DNA from: Chryseobacterium gleum
Lineage (GTDB): Bacteria > Bacteroidota > Bacteroidia > Flavobacteriales_D > Crocinitomicaceae
Length of the DNA: 64,000 nt
NCBI GenBank assembly: GCA_945902775.1
Contig: CAMDMY010000004.1
Span: forward strand, 5,914 to 69,913
Direction: 5' to 3'
The position numbers were made by a program, and so were the translations under genes. The notes under the pieces were generated by a model. That model saw only the letters and a program-made list of their open reading frames with translations, had not been told where the DNA came from and did not search any database. Below are positions 51,401 through 58,064 of the stretch, in pieces (positions within the stretch are counted from its first letter, which is position 1; each line of letters begins with the position of its first letter).

Positions 51401-51997
51401 GTTGATGCAGCTAAACCCAAAAAAGAGGAAGCAAGAGGGAAAGGTGTAAAAGATGCATTTGTCACAGCATATTATAAAGGTGAGCGTTTAACATTGTCTC
51501 AAGCTTCGCAATTGTTGAAACAAAAAGGAGAGGGAATTTTAGAGAAAATTGATACTGAACTTTTGGCTTCTGTAAGTAATAAAGAAACTGTGAAAGCTGA
51601 AGTAGTTAAAGCGACTCCAAAAGTGACTTCAACTAAAGAAGAAGTTTCAGCTTACAATAAGGCACCAGGTGCTGTTCCTGCAAAAGCAGTTGAAGCTCAT
51701 TTAGGATTGTTCTTTACAGTTCAGATAGGTGTTTACAGTAAACCAGCTAATTCAAAACAATTGAATTTTGTAACACCTTTGATTACTAAAAAATTGCCAA
51801 ACGGACAATTGCGTTATTCTTCAGGAATGTATTCTTCAATCGAAGCTGCTGAACCAAAACGTAAAGAAATTTTAGAAAAAGGAGTTAAACATGCATATAT
51901 AACTGCTTACTATAAAGGAGAACGTATAACAATAGCAGAGGCGAAAGAATTGTTGTCTACTAATGGAGAATCGATTTTAGAAAAATTGGATAAATAG
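42404..51997 (+). CDS. Giant (3197 aa) secreted protein: TPR, PD40 beta-propeller and CarboxypepD_reg-like module, then a long helical repeat region, then three SPOR-like domains
   Basis: Signal peptide ...TFGQ. TPR-like YYLRLLAIQP...NYFLGKAYH. PD40 motif DEDYPYMHPDGQYLYFSSKGHNSMGGFDVF. SPOR-like YRIQVGAFSKP, FYTVQVGVYNKPA, FFTVQIGVYSKPA at about nt 50860-51950. Confidence 0.9.
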   Translation: MKFKYIFTLLFFVTFGFVTFGQENIEETKKIADDLFEEEKYIEATPYYLRLLAIQPRDHNFNYHYGACLLHNSGKTQDVFKYLNYAVTDPNVDAQANYFLGKAYHLNYQFNDAIKYYKIYQTKAADKAKPSFDVKRQIEMCENGKKLITTITEMIVLDKKEIEKDKFFRIYDLSDIGGNLLVTAEFQTKIDEKKAHVPLIHFPANPTVIYYSSYGENGKTGKDIYVQRRLPSGGWGLPQVLKGDVNTNFDEDYPYMHPDGQYLYFSSKGHNSMGGFDVFRSKYDPDNDMFGKAENMDFAVSSPNDDLFYVVDSLNKNAYFGSNRQSEEGKLFVYKVRVDRVPLNMSVIKGEFNSTINPQMKKVFIDVKDYSNGEFIGNFNSNEKGVYLITFPKGGKYEFTIKVGENKQEFKYLASIPFQKEFKPLKQKIIHELQGDAENVRVIDLFNEEVEDPQGVFAQVIKMKSELKPNVSAEELARMDKELKDKEILKVLGLDKLSLVEVGYLLNEKVQDAKKAEGGTKDIENKIYAQVIEHTTEIKRLDGLIKDKIEKANSAPNDKRKYKYLKEAERSLKIQEELKALNDKSMHLADSLSKNSTKGSSEVTAEITKFSEHFNELMKENKQAEAYAYLADNKDDIKRIVETKNLDPLQELIERGLLLDAQIAKLQPKDEQYERDLRKIDAEIAELERTKEGAKKKQIEEIDAVIKAKANERSMIAEERNFNGQGLNDKIAERSDIRKQVDVLEAIYVVQTPKVITKEELDAALQSSNSTNSSEVRSQISEQIAQLVLTSPDVKVVDYEDLEKDLGPVVSNSRSKSDRIKADATLSPQEKANRLKALDRELLSSINTELINAEKALKSNPTDPELVKKLEALQSAKTLVSSSLDLPEGDDGSTLVADESSNVNNENQGSTNTNVDFNQTNTDVQSGNENSNQTTAAASNTSNSGPLDSKGKENLIESVNSSYNETLASINSNKNLTESEKLVKLQEADKSLISSLDKEISSVENALKLNPTDPLLLNKLDNLKTVRVEVEAKITSRENQIATLESPSKSTTNSSTTNVITPLDSKGKENLIESVNSSYNETLTSINSNGNLSETEKLSQLQVADKTLVSALNKEIIGVEEALKSNPTDALLVNKLENLKSVRVEVEAKIATRENQLTSLAVKNTSNPIDSKPTTTNNPTLADKQVKSNQVEPTKVLDTKSKESLIESVNSSYNEKVVEINSNTSLSSTEKLVQLQQLDKSLLNSIDEVSASISTSLKQNPANVSLAKKVADLSTVKSEIQEKVKNRDTQISNVTTSNDILDSKGKETIIESINSTYNEQVEELQSNSSLSENEKLTQLQQLDEKLVLSINKQITINENSLKLNTTDEVAKKKISELKSIRSDLEIEMGKRESKLTSDSKLVTSNSPLDSKGKENLIESVNSSYNEKVNQINGNQNLTESEKLNQLQLVDKELITYVNKELVNISSSLRQNPTDANLIKKEIDLKSIRTDLETIISSRENALLVSSQPLSEKAKNDIIDGLSPMHNVKVADIKSNSKLTELEKTNQLQKADKDLVSLINKEILALENNIKNNPDPQLIRDLSDLKKVKKELESHIVSRESNSTPTISVVALTSKEKESIIESINPNYNENVNSINSNSSISTSEKLEELSKLDKELLNAVNTELNNIEASLKMDVKNADLLKKEAELKILKKEIETKFSLSNSTSTSPELSVSKEEVALTESEKSDLIESVNSTYNEKVSEVNANSSLTTNEKAAKIQVLDKDLFTSISKEISKTEAALKSDPSNEQLIKKEADLTELKSEIDSKIAQQNSVLAVNKQPLDEKVKSDILKSINTKYDKTVTSINTNTDLSVSEKLNKLQELDYSIVEGLNKDIKITEEALIKKPNDKALLVQLDNLNAVKSEIEASISSRESVIASSGSTIDVKVKSELIESISSTYNEKASEIKENEYLLDGEKMIQLQELDKGLLTKVQSEIKSLEKSLSENPTNSVDKRKLEGFKAVELDLSKSIAVREKSISPSDLDHALAKKGSIIEKFSPEYNEKVEEINSHALNSQVQKLEELQKLDEELLVQIKEEVNASTAAAKKKSKDQDLQKAKTEIIELQSLAENVISERTKEIEILKANSVTSKQKEELISGVKPDYSSKIDNIKDAKYDHSKELQELIKEEENLVSLLINNELKVKAELAKNPSDEVLKIKLNVAIATKLESQSKLEDLEKQAITLEAHDIDQSALIVKVDPSFETDIFKIETSNSSNKSSELVAREVKLQEKIQAQITENEKVLTEYFNLEKAAENQILVQKLKESNDREESYKNGKTPILASNLDPKALTLRNEILGKSADEINKEYTDVDDLKSQENIVSSYLDVLKVKSEKNTAELVDNAQNQGLKNQKLILDSELKNTELMLKKIAMKIDVLENSTEDTALSSPELKVLIDKENLLKEQLVNPLLTKKEKSVLEKELKKVQTDKSVESNKLISENLTVRKTDNEAKTVQLQKLAANSEISKVNSDLADSQNQRLSKEADALIAKSDKTKNPIAKNELLTQAIEKQTQADEIVIAALEENITKAAILNKVTTLDSEEELEEKKRNYAFEIEEIDKQVGEIETQIAGLKPKKALALVEKKGALVTEKSLVEKQLEEIERQLTEIAEAPKSAKTVSEKALEQPVSFSEEKQLIASKDYLEYSINANKALRIEKQIAETEIVLTQKRQTAKETISMSLDKTSNVSEAYVAQSIDNVKIVEEELKKMTAELEEKQKISNDVLVKNSATALQMQNLVKRGVEPEFNENLALIEQQRTPAVGLKVVDESTPINTYSESNPIPVNVKNPSGLLYRIQVGAFSKPIPQDMYKSFNPVSGEKLASGVTRYMAGYFNNSKTVDEAFSQVKSLGYLDAFIVAYCDDERIPLADARKLELSGQCISTDSREFVIAMAKTPVSKEANTNDLSYNDAPGAVKAIPAEAHLGLFYTVQVGVYNKPATPHQLKNIDPIVSKRLPNGQIRYSSGMFSSVDAAKPKKEEARGKGVKDAFVTAYYKGERLTLSQASQLLKQKGEGILEKIDTELLASVSNKETVKAEVVKATPKVTSTKEEVSAYNKAPGAVPAKAVEAHLGLFFTVQIGVYSKPANSKQLNFVTPLITKKLPNGQLRYSSGMYSSIEAAEPKRKEILEKGVKHAYITAYYKGERITIAEAKELLSTNGESILEKLDK
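44831..49330 (+). repeat. About 14 tandem in-frame units of 300-350 nt (roughly 100-116 aa) inside the giant ORF
   Basis: Unit starts read at about 45239, 45587, 45989, 46301, 46622, 46923, 47231, 47555, 47858, 48164, 48470, 48773 and 49075. Consensus PLDSKGKENLIESVNSSYNE...SEKL..LQ..DK.L......E......LK.NPTD.......L........E. Confidence 0.85.
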
Positions 51998-51999
51998 TT

Positions 52000-52030
52000 T
52001 TGAGTGTAAACTTTTAATGCTTTACATTTG
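52000..52030 (+). promoter_or_regulatory. Candidate Bacteroidota sigma-A promoter for clpS (-33 TTG, -7 TACATTTG)
   Basis: TTG at 52000-52002, 20-nt spacer, TACATTTG at 52023-52030 (fits TAnnTTTG), 21 nt before the ATG. Confidence 0.4.
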
Positions 52031-52050
52031 TATAAAAATGAAATAATACA

Positions 52051-52323
52051 ATGACAAAAACAGAAATTTGTACAGATAATATAGTTTTAGAAGAATTAAT
52101 AGATCAAAAAGATTTAATTGTTTTTGATGATGATGTGAATTCTTTTGATCATGTTATTGCTACATTAATAAAAGTTTGTAAGCATACTGAAATTCAAGCT
52201 GAACAATGTACTTGGATAATTCATTATAAAGGAAAATGTCAAGTTAAAAGAGGTGTCTTCGAAAAGCTAGAACCAATATGCACAGCTTTGTTAGATAGAG
52301 GCCTATCCGCTGAAATCCAATAA
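52051..52323 (+). CDS. clpS: ATP-dependent Clp protease adaptor ClpS
   Basis: 90 aa: VFDDDVNSFDHVIATLIKVCKHTEIQAEQCTWIIHYKGKCQVKRG. Confidence 0.88.
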   Translation: MTKTEICTDNIVLEELIDQKDLIVFDDDVNSFDHVIATLIKVCKHTEIQAEQCTWIIHYKGKCQVKRGVFEKLEPICTALLDRGLSAEIQ

Positions 52324-52391
52324 GAATAAATTGAAATGACTTTTATTTGATGTGAATATTAATTTAACTTTAAAAAAAGCAAATAAAAAAG

Positions 52392-52421
52392 TTGTTTAAA
52401 AGAAAAAAGTCACTATCTTTG
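52392..52421 (+). promoter_or_regulatory. Candidate promoter for the tRNA gene (-33 TTG, -7 TATCTTTG)
   Basis: TTG at 52392-52394, 19-nt spacer, TATCTTTG at 52414-52421, 12 nt before tRNA position 1. Confidence 0.5.
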
Positions 52422-52433
52422 TGCCAAATAAAT

Positions 52434-52507
52434 GGCTTTGTAGCTCAACTGAATAGAGCACTACATTACGGCTGTAGAGGTTTTAGGTTTGAATCCTAAC
52501 AAGGTCA
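52434..52507 (+). tRNA. tRNA-Arg (anticodon ACG)
   Basis: Hand-folded cloverleaf: acceptor GGCTTTG/CAAGGTC (two G-U pairs), D arm GCTC-AACTGAATA-GAGC, anticodon arm CTACA-TTACGGC-TGTAG, variable loop AGGTT, T arm TTAGG-TTTGAAT-CCTAA, discriminator A. CCA is not encoded. Confidence 0.85.
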
Positions 52508-52515
52508 CAAATAGA

Positions 52516-52552
52516 AACGAGAATGAGAGCGAAAGTTTCATTCTCGTTTTTT
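52516..52552 (+). terminator. Rho-independent terminator after the tRNA
   Basis: aacgagaatga, 11-nt loop, tcattctcgtt, followed by a T-run. Confidence 0.8.
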
Positions 52553-52741
52553 ATTTTCAGTACCTTATAATTTTTAATAAAATTATATTTAGAAAAATTA
52601 GAATCTTATTTTTCTAAATAAATTAAAATATGAAGAATAATTCTGACGATTTTTGATTAAAATAGTAGTTTTGTTAAAATCATTATAACTCAATATTTTT
52701 CTTTTGTCTAATTGAACCAATAATTTTATTCTTCTATTAAA

Positions 52742-53554
52742 ATGAAAATAAATTGTACATTTTTTTTAATTTTTACATTTTTCTGTTTAGTGCTTTCTTG
52801 TCGTAAGAAAAACGATTGTTCACAAAATATGCAAATTATAGGTCCTGATTCTGTATATGAAGGAGAAGAAATTCAATTAAATATTAAAAATCTAATACCA
52901 GAAAAAACAAATACATATTATTATTGGAATTATCCAGATATGTCTCATTATTACTCTCTTGTTGACAACTTTGTTGAGGTAGATTATGCAGAACCAGCTT
53001 ATATAGAAAAAGCAAGAGTTACAGATGAGGGACAATATACCTTTAAGGTTATTAGTAAAGAATGTGGTACTGTTACTGTTTCAAAAAACATCAAAGTAAT
53101 ACCTTTAGTTTCACCTTGTTTGAATTCTACGTTTGATAATCAACTTGATTTGACTAAGTCAAATTCGCCAATTCAAGTTTTTCAAAAATTTACTCCAATT
53201 TTACATGATAATTTAAGTGATTTTTATATTGAGCTGAAGATGCCAATGTTCACATATACCATGAACTTATATTTTTATAAAAGCATACCTGTTAAATCAA
53301 GTAGGTATCTAATTCGTAATCGATACCAAAATGCCTTTGATGATCAGATACCAAAAGATGAGGATTTGCATGTTTATATTGACTTTGCTACTGCATCAGT
53401 AGGGTATGATTATTATAGAGTTGACGAGGCTTTGAATAATTTATATTTAAAACGAGAAGGAAATCAAATGATTATTTCATTTTGTGATGTTGCATTCAAA
53501 GGGAAATATAATGATAGCATTGTCGTTAGTGGCAAAGTGAATATAAATTTATAA
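52742..53554 (+). CDS. Lipoprotein of unknown function
   Basis: Signal peptide with lipobox LVLSC. 270 aa. Confidence 0.65.
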   Translation: MKINCTFFLIFTFFCLVLSCRKKNDCSQNMQIIGPDSVYEGEEIQLNIKNLIPEKTNTYYYWNYPDMSHYYSLVDNFVEVDYAEPAYIEKARVTDEGQYTFKVISKECGTVTVSKNIKVIPLVSPCLNSTFDNQLDLTKSNSPIQVFQKFTPILHDNLSDFYIELKMPMFTYTMNLYFYKSIPVKSSRYLIRNRYQNAFDDQIPKDEDLHVYIDFATASVGYDYYRVDEALNNLYLKREGNQMIISFCDVAFKGKYNDSIVVSGKVNINL

Positions 53555-53748
53555 GAATATTAAATAAGACTATACTTACAAGTTTATTTTTTTATTTAAA
53601 ACTTTAATTTTTTTATTTTGCTTGATTTATTCGATGAAATATCCTTAAAAATCACTAAGAAAACTAATCTGCTCATTTAATGGTGTTTATTGTAACTTTT
53701 TTTTATATATTCAGTTTAATTTGATATAACATTTAAAAATTGGAAAAT

Positions 53749-54081
53749 ATGAAAAGATTATTACTTTTAGTTGCCTTGATGTTTTTAAGTACAACTATGT
53801 TTGCCCAGGAAAAAGATAAAAAAACAATTTTAAAAGAAGACAAAGAAACTATAAAAGCGGATAAAGCAGAAATCAAAAAAGATGCTGCTGAATTAAAAGC
53901 TGATGAAAAAGCATTAGCGAAAGCAAAGGCTGATAAAAATAAAGAAGAAGAAGCTCGTTTGAAAGAAAAAATGAAAGCGGATAAAGAAAAAATGAAAGAG
54001 GATACAAAACATTTAAAAGCAGATGATTCTAAGATGAAGAAAGATGCTAAAATGAAAGAAGAGAAGCCTGCTAAAAAATAA
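53749..54081 (+). CDS. Small secreted Lys/Glu/Asp-rich protein
   Basis: MKRLLLLVALMFLSTTMFAQ signal peptide, then repetitive KADK/KEDK low-complexity sequence. ATG 53749 is preferred over the TTG at 53740. Confidence 0.6.
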   Translation: MKRLLLLVALMFLSTTMFAQEKDKKTILKEDKETIKADKAEIKKDAAELKADEKALAKAKADKNKEEEARLKEKMKADKEKMKEDTKHLKADDSKMKKDAKMKEEKPAKK

Positions 54082-54103
54082 TCTTCAAATTAAGAAGAAT
54101 TTA

Positions 54104-54132
54104 AAGTCGCCCAATTTTGAGGCGACTTTTTT
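54104..54132 (+). terminator. Rho-independent terminator
   Basis: aagtcgcc, 9-nt loop, ggcgactt, then tttt. The track's TTG start at 54117 lies inside this hairpin. Confidence 0.75.
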
Positions 54133-54167
54133 GTTTTGATGATGTTTCAATCATTCAGTTTCTTTCT

Positions 54168-54175
54168 TATATTTG
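54168..54175 (+). promoter_or_regulatory. Candidate -7 box TATATTTG for the mutase gene
   Basis: Exact TAnnTTTG match, 20 nt upstream of the TTG at 54195. No clear -33 TTG at canonical spacing. Confidence 0.35.
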
Positions 54176-54194
54176 CTATACTAAAATTTTAACG

Positions 54195-55604
54195 TTGGCA
54201 AATAAAATAAAATTCGGAACAGATGGATGGAGAGCGATTATCGCTGAAGAGTTCACTGTTGAAAATGTAGCGAGAGTAGCTCTTGCAACAAGTGTTTGGG
54301 TAAAAGAAAATTTCGATAAGCCTAGTATTGTTATTGGTCACGACTGTCGTTTTGCAGGTGAACTTTTTGTAAATACAGCAACTAAGGTTTTTATAAGCCA
54401 AGGTGTTCACGTGAAATTAGCGAGAAATTTTATTTCTACTCCAATGATTTCATTGGCTTGTGTTCAATTAAAATGTTCTTTAGGTGTTGTTTTGACAGCA
54501 AGTCATAATCCACCAGAATACAATGGATATAAATTAAAAGGTCACTTTGGTGGACCACTTTCACCTGAACAAGTTCAAGAAATTGAAGATATCATTCCAG
54601 AGTCAGTAGCTGTAAATTGGGAATCTGTTTCATTAGAAGATGCAATTAAAACAGGGACAGTTGAAATTGTTGATTTAGAAACAAGATATGTTGATCATGT
54701 AAAAGCTAATTTTGATTTAGAAGCAATTAAAAATTCAGGTTTACGTTTTGCTTACGATGCAATGTATGGAGCTGGACAAAATGTATTAAAGCGTATTTTA
54801 CCAGACACTCATTTTATTCACTGTGAGTATAATCCATCTTTTTACGGTCAAGCTCCTGAGCCAATTGAGAAGAATTTAAAAGAATTAGAAGCATTCATTA
54901 AATCAGATGGAAATATCGATTGTGCTTTAGCTACTGATGGAGATGCTGATAGAATTGGTTTATACAATTCTAAAGGTGAATTCATTGATTCTCATCATAT
55001 TATACTTTTGTTGATGCACTACTTAGTGAAATACAAAGGAATGACTGGTAAAGTAGTTACTGCTTTTAGTACAACACCACGAGTTAAAAAATTAGCAGAT
55101 CATTATAATTTAGAGAGTGAAGTTGTTAAAATTGGTTTCAAATACATCGCTAGTATGATGGTTGAGCAAGATGTTTTAATCGGTGGAGAAGAATCTGGAG
55201 GGATAGCTGTAAAAGGGCATATTCCAGAAAGAGATGGTATCTGGATGGGATTGATTGTCTGGGAATTTATGGCGAAATCTGGTAAATCTTTAGATGATTT
55301 AATAAATGAAGTTTACGATATCGTTGGAGGTTTTAAATTTGAAAGAAGTGATTTACACATTACGGAAGAGTTAAAACAAAAAATCATTACGAAATGTAAA
55401 GAGAATTCTTACGAATCTTTTGGTTCATATAAAGTAGGAGAGGTCAAAACAATTGATGGATTTAAATATTTCTTTGATGAAAATCGTTGGATGATGATTC
55501 GACCTTCAGGTACCGAACCAGTATTGAGAACCTATGCGGAAGCACCAACTATGGAAGAAGTTCGTACGATTCTTAAGATGACAGAAGAAACGATTTGTAA
55601 ATAA
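54195..55604 (+). CDS. Phosphoglucomutase/phosphomannomutase family protein
   Basis: (M)ANKIKFGTDGWRA, active-site loop LTASHNPPEYNGYK, DGDADR, GEESGG. Start reassigned to the in-frame TTG at 54195, because a terminator and a -7 box lie inside the longer ORF. Confidence 0.88.
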   Translation: MANKIKFGTDGWRAIIAEEFTVENVARVALATSVWVKENFDKPSIVIGHDCRFAGELFVNTATKVFISQGVHVKLARNFISTPMISLACVQLKCSLGVVLTASHNPPEYNGYKLKGHFGGPLSPEQVQEIEDIIPESVAVNWESVSLEDAIKTGTVEIVDLETRYVDHVKANFDLEAIKNSGLRFAYDAMYGAGQNVLKRILPDTHFIHCEYNPSFYGQAPEPIEKNLKELEAFIKSDGNIDCALATDGDADRIGLYNSKGEFIDSHHIILLLMHYLVKYKGMTGKVVTAFSTTPRVKKLADHYNLESEVVKIGFKYIASMMVEQDVLIGGEESGGIAVKGHIPERDGIWMGLIVWEFMAKSGKSLDDLINEVYDIVGGFKFERSDLHITEELKQKIITKCKENSYESFGSYKVGEVKTIDGFKYFFDENRWMMIRPSGTEPVLRTYAEAPTMEEVRTILKMTEETICK

Positions 55605-55614
55605 ATATTAAAAG

Positions 55615-55653
55615 TAACCGTATATCTAAAGTACAACTGAGGATATACGGTTA
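55615..55653. terminator. Hairpin between convergent genes
   Basis: taaccgtatatc, 15-nt loop, gatatacggtta (12-bp perfect arms). Abuts the stop codon of the minus-strand ATPase gene. Confidence 0.55.
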
Positions 55654-56841
55654 TTAAATTGCAATTAATTTCATCAAGTCATTAGTAATAAAGTCAATTA
55701 AACCACATACTGAGGTATTATTATTTAGCTTATAACTTACTTCTTGGAATGGAGTTATTACAAAATTTGTATCGCATTTTAAATCTTTGATACTTTCATA
55801 AAAACCTCTTGTAACCGAGGGATTGTTTGTCGTTTTTAATTCGATACATGCAATTGGAGTGATGCCTCGCACTAATACCAAATCCATTTCACTACCATCA
55901 TGCGTTCTGTAATAAAATGGTTTTATAAAGTTTGGTAAATGTTGAAGTATTTGCTCTATAGCATAACCTTCCCAACTATTACCTACATTTGAATGAAAAT
56001 GAATATCTTTTTCTTTCGTAATATCGAGCAAATAATTTAACAAGCCTGAATCTCTTATATATATTTTAGGACTTTTAATTAATCTCTTTTTTGCATTGGT
56101 AAAATAGGCTGGTAATTTTCTAACCATAAATGCTCCTTCTAAAAAATCAATGTATCGATTAACAGTTGTAGGACTAACATCTAAACCTTTAGCTAAACTT
56201 TGAGAATTCAACATTTGTCCATGATTATGCGCTAACATCCTCCATAATTTATACATCAATGATGCTGAGAAAGAAACTCCAAAAAGTGTATTTAAATCTC
56301 GCTCAATGAATGTTCTGAAAAAATTGTCCATCCATCTAAACCAATCTTCATCAGTTTCGCATAACCAAGCATCTGGAAATCCTCCTCTAAACCAAAGTTT
56401 GTTTAAATCTTCCTTGTTTTTATAAAGTTCAATGATATTTAACGGAGAAATTTCACAATAAGCAATTCTACCAGCTAAACTTTCAGAAACACCTTTCACT
56501 AATTCAGGTGAGGCAGAGCCTAATAGTACAAATTTTCCTTTTTGTTTGTTTTGATCAACTAAAGAACGTAAGATAGAAAATAATTCAGGCATTCGTTGTA
56601 CTTCATCTATTACAATACATTCTACTTCAGAAGAAATCGATTCTAGAAAAAATTCTGCATCATAAAATTTTGAGATATCTTTTGGACTTTCTAAATCAAA
56701 ATAGAGACCTGTTTTTTTTAATTTTAAAACTTCCATCTTAGTTAAAGTGGTTTTCCCACATTGACGAGGTCCTATAATGGCAACAACTGGGAATTGTTTT
56801 AGCAAAACACCAATTTCATTTATTTTAAAACGTCTAATCAT
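55654..56841 (-). CDS. AAA-family ATPase with a DUF4143-type C-terminal region
   Basis: Walker A GPRQCGKTTL, Walker B IVIDEVQ. ATG at 56839-56841 is preferred over the TTG at 56847. Confidence 0.8.
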   Translation of the reverse strand: MIRRFKINEIGVLLKQFPVVAIIGPRQCGKTTLTKMEVLKLKKTGLYFDLESPKDISKFYDAEFFLESISSEVECIVIDEVQRMPELFSILRSLVDQNKQKGKFVLLGSASPELVKGVSESLAGRIAYCEISPLNIIELYKNKEDLNKLWFRGGFPDAWLCETDEDWFRWMDNFFRTFIERDLNTLFGVSFSASLMYKLWRMLAHNHGQMLNSQSLAKGLDVSPTTVNRYIDFLEGAFMVRKLPAYFTNAKKRLIKSPKIYIRDSGLLNYLLDITKEKDIHFHSNVGNSWEGYAIEQILQHLPNFIKPFYYRTHDGSEMDLVLVRGITPIACIELKTTNNPSVTRGFYESIKDLKCDTNFVITPFQEVSYKLNNNTSVCGLIDFITNDLMKLIAI

Positions 56842-56985
56842 ATACAAATATATAAATAATTACCGTTAAAGCAAACTTAAACTGATGATAAACGGTAATT
56901 GAATTTTAAATTGTGAATTAAAAAATAAGAATAGCTTGAGAAAATAATAAATTTTGTTACTTTTAAATCAAAGAAATTTCAGAAA

Positions 56986-58056
56986 ATGGCTGGATCATCA
57001 ATAGGTACAATTTTTAAACTCACTACTTTTGGTGAATCACATGGTGTTGCAATTGGAGGCGTAATCGATGGAGTTCCTTCAAATTTGACTATTAATTTCG
57101 AATCGATTCAAGATGAATTAGATAGAAGAAAGCCTGGGCAATCAGCAATTGTAACCCAACGAAAAGAGTCTGATAAAGTACAATTTTTATCAGGTATTTT
57201 TGAAGGTAAAACAACGGGAGCTCCGATTGGATTTATAATTCCAAATGATGATCAACGATCAGGAGATTATTCACATATAAGTGATTCTTTTCGTCCTTCA
57301 CATGCTGATTTTACATATGAAAAAAAGTATGGACATCGTGATTACAGAGGTGGTGGACGTTCAAGTGCGCGCGAAACGGCTTCAAGAGTTGTTGCTGGTG
57401 CTATAGCTAAACAAATTTTAAGTTTACAAAATATTCATATTCAGGCTTTTGTGGATCAGGTTGGGAATATTCAGCTTTCATCAGATGAACTTTTAAACAT
57501 GAATTATGAAACAATTGAAAACAATCCAGTAAGGTGTCCTGTACCTTCAAAAGCGGAGGAAATGGAAGTGTTAATTCGAGAAGTTCGAAAAGACGGCGAT
57601 ACGATTGGTGGTTGTGTTCGTTGTGAAATAAAAGGCGTTCCTATTGGATTAGGAGAACCTGTATTTGATCGTTTAAATGCTGAATTAGGTAAAGCAATGC
57701 TTTCTATTAATGCAGCAAAAGGGTTTGAGTATGGATCTGGATTTTCAGGTGTAGAATTGAGAGGTTCTCAACACAATGATGCTTTTCAAGAAGATGGAAC
57801 GACTTTAACAAATCATAGTGGAGGAATACAAGGTGGTATTTCTAACGGTATGCCTATTTATTTTAGAGTAGCTTTTAAACCTGTTGCTACAATTATTCAA
57901 GAACAAGATTCAATTGATAAAAATGGAAATAAAATTATCGTTTCTGGTAAAGGAAGACATGATCCATGTGTGGTTCCGAGAGCGGTTCCTATTGTTGAGT
58001 CAATGGCTGCAATTGTTTTATTAGATTTTGTTTTGAGAAATAATGCGAGAATTTAA
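56986..58056 (+). CDS. aroC: Chorismate synthase
   Basis: [29 protein letters not shown]. Confidence 0.95.
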   Translation: MAGSSIGTIFKLTTFGESHGVAIGGVIDGVPSNLTINFESIQDELDRRKPGQSAIVTQRKESDKVQFLSGIFEGKTTGAPIGFIIPNDDQRSGDYSHISDSFRPSHADFTYEKKYGHRDYRGGGRSSARETASRVVAGAIAKQILSLQNIHIQAFVDQVGNIQLSSDELLNMNYETIENNPVRCPVPSKAEEMEVLIREVRKDGDTIGGCVRCEIKGVPIGLGEPVFDRLNAELGKAMLSINAAKGFEYGSGFSGVELRGSQHNDAFQEDGTTLTNHSGGIQGGISNGMPIYFRVAFKPVATIIQEQDSIDKNGNKIIVSGKGRHDPCVVPRAVPIVESMAAIVLLDFVLRNNARI

Positions 58057-58064
58057 TTGATTCG

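Noticed and set aside
52587-52619. 12-bp inverted repeat atttagaaaaat...atttttctaaat downstream of the tRNA terminator
   Set aside because: The stem has a single G-C pair and is expected to be unstable. The preceding GC-containing hairpin at 52516-52552 already accounts for termination.
53749-54081. Lys/Glu-rich secreted protein as a functional novelty
   Set aside because: It is low-complexity repetitive sequence with no motif beyond the signal peptide. Nothing in the sequence supports a specific hypothesis.
54117-54194. Extended N-terminus of the mutase ORF (MRRLFCFDDVSIIQFLSYICYTKILTL...)
   Set aside because: The TTG at 54117 lies inside the upstream terminator hairpin, and a TAnnTTTG box lies at 54168-54175. 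The conserved N-terminus KIKFGTDGWRA begins right after the in-frame TTG at 54195.
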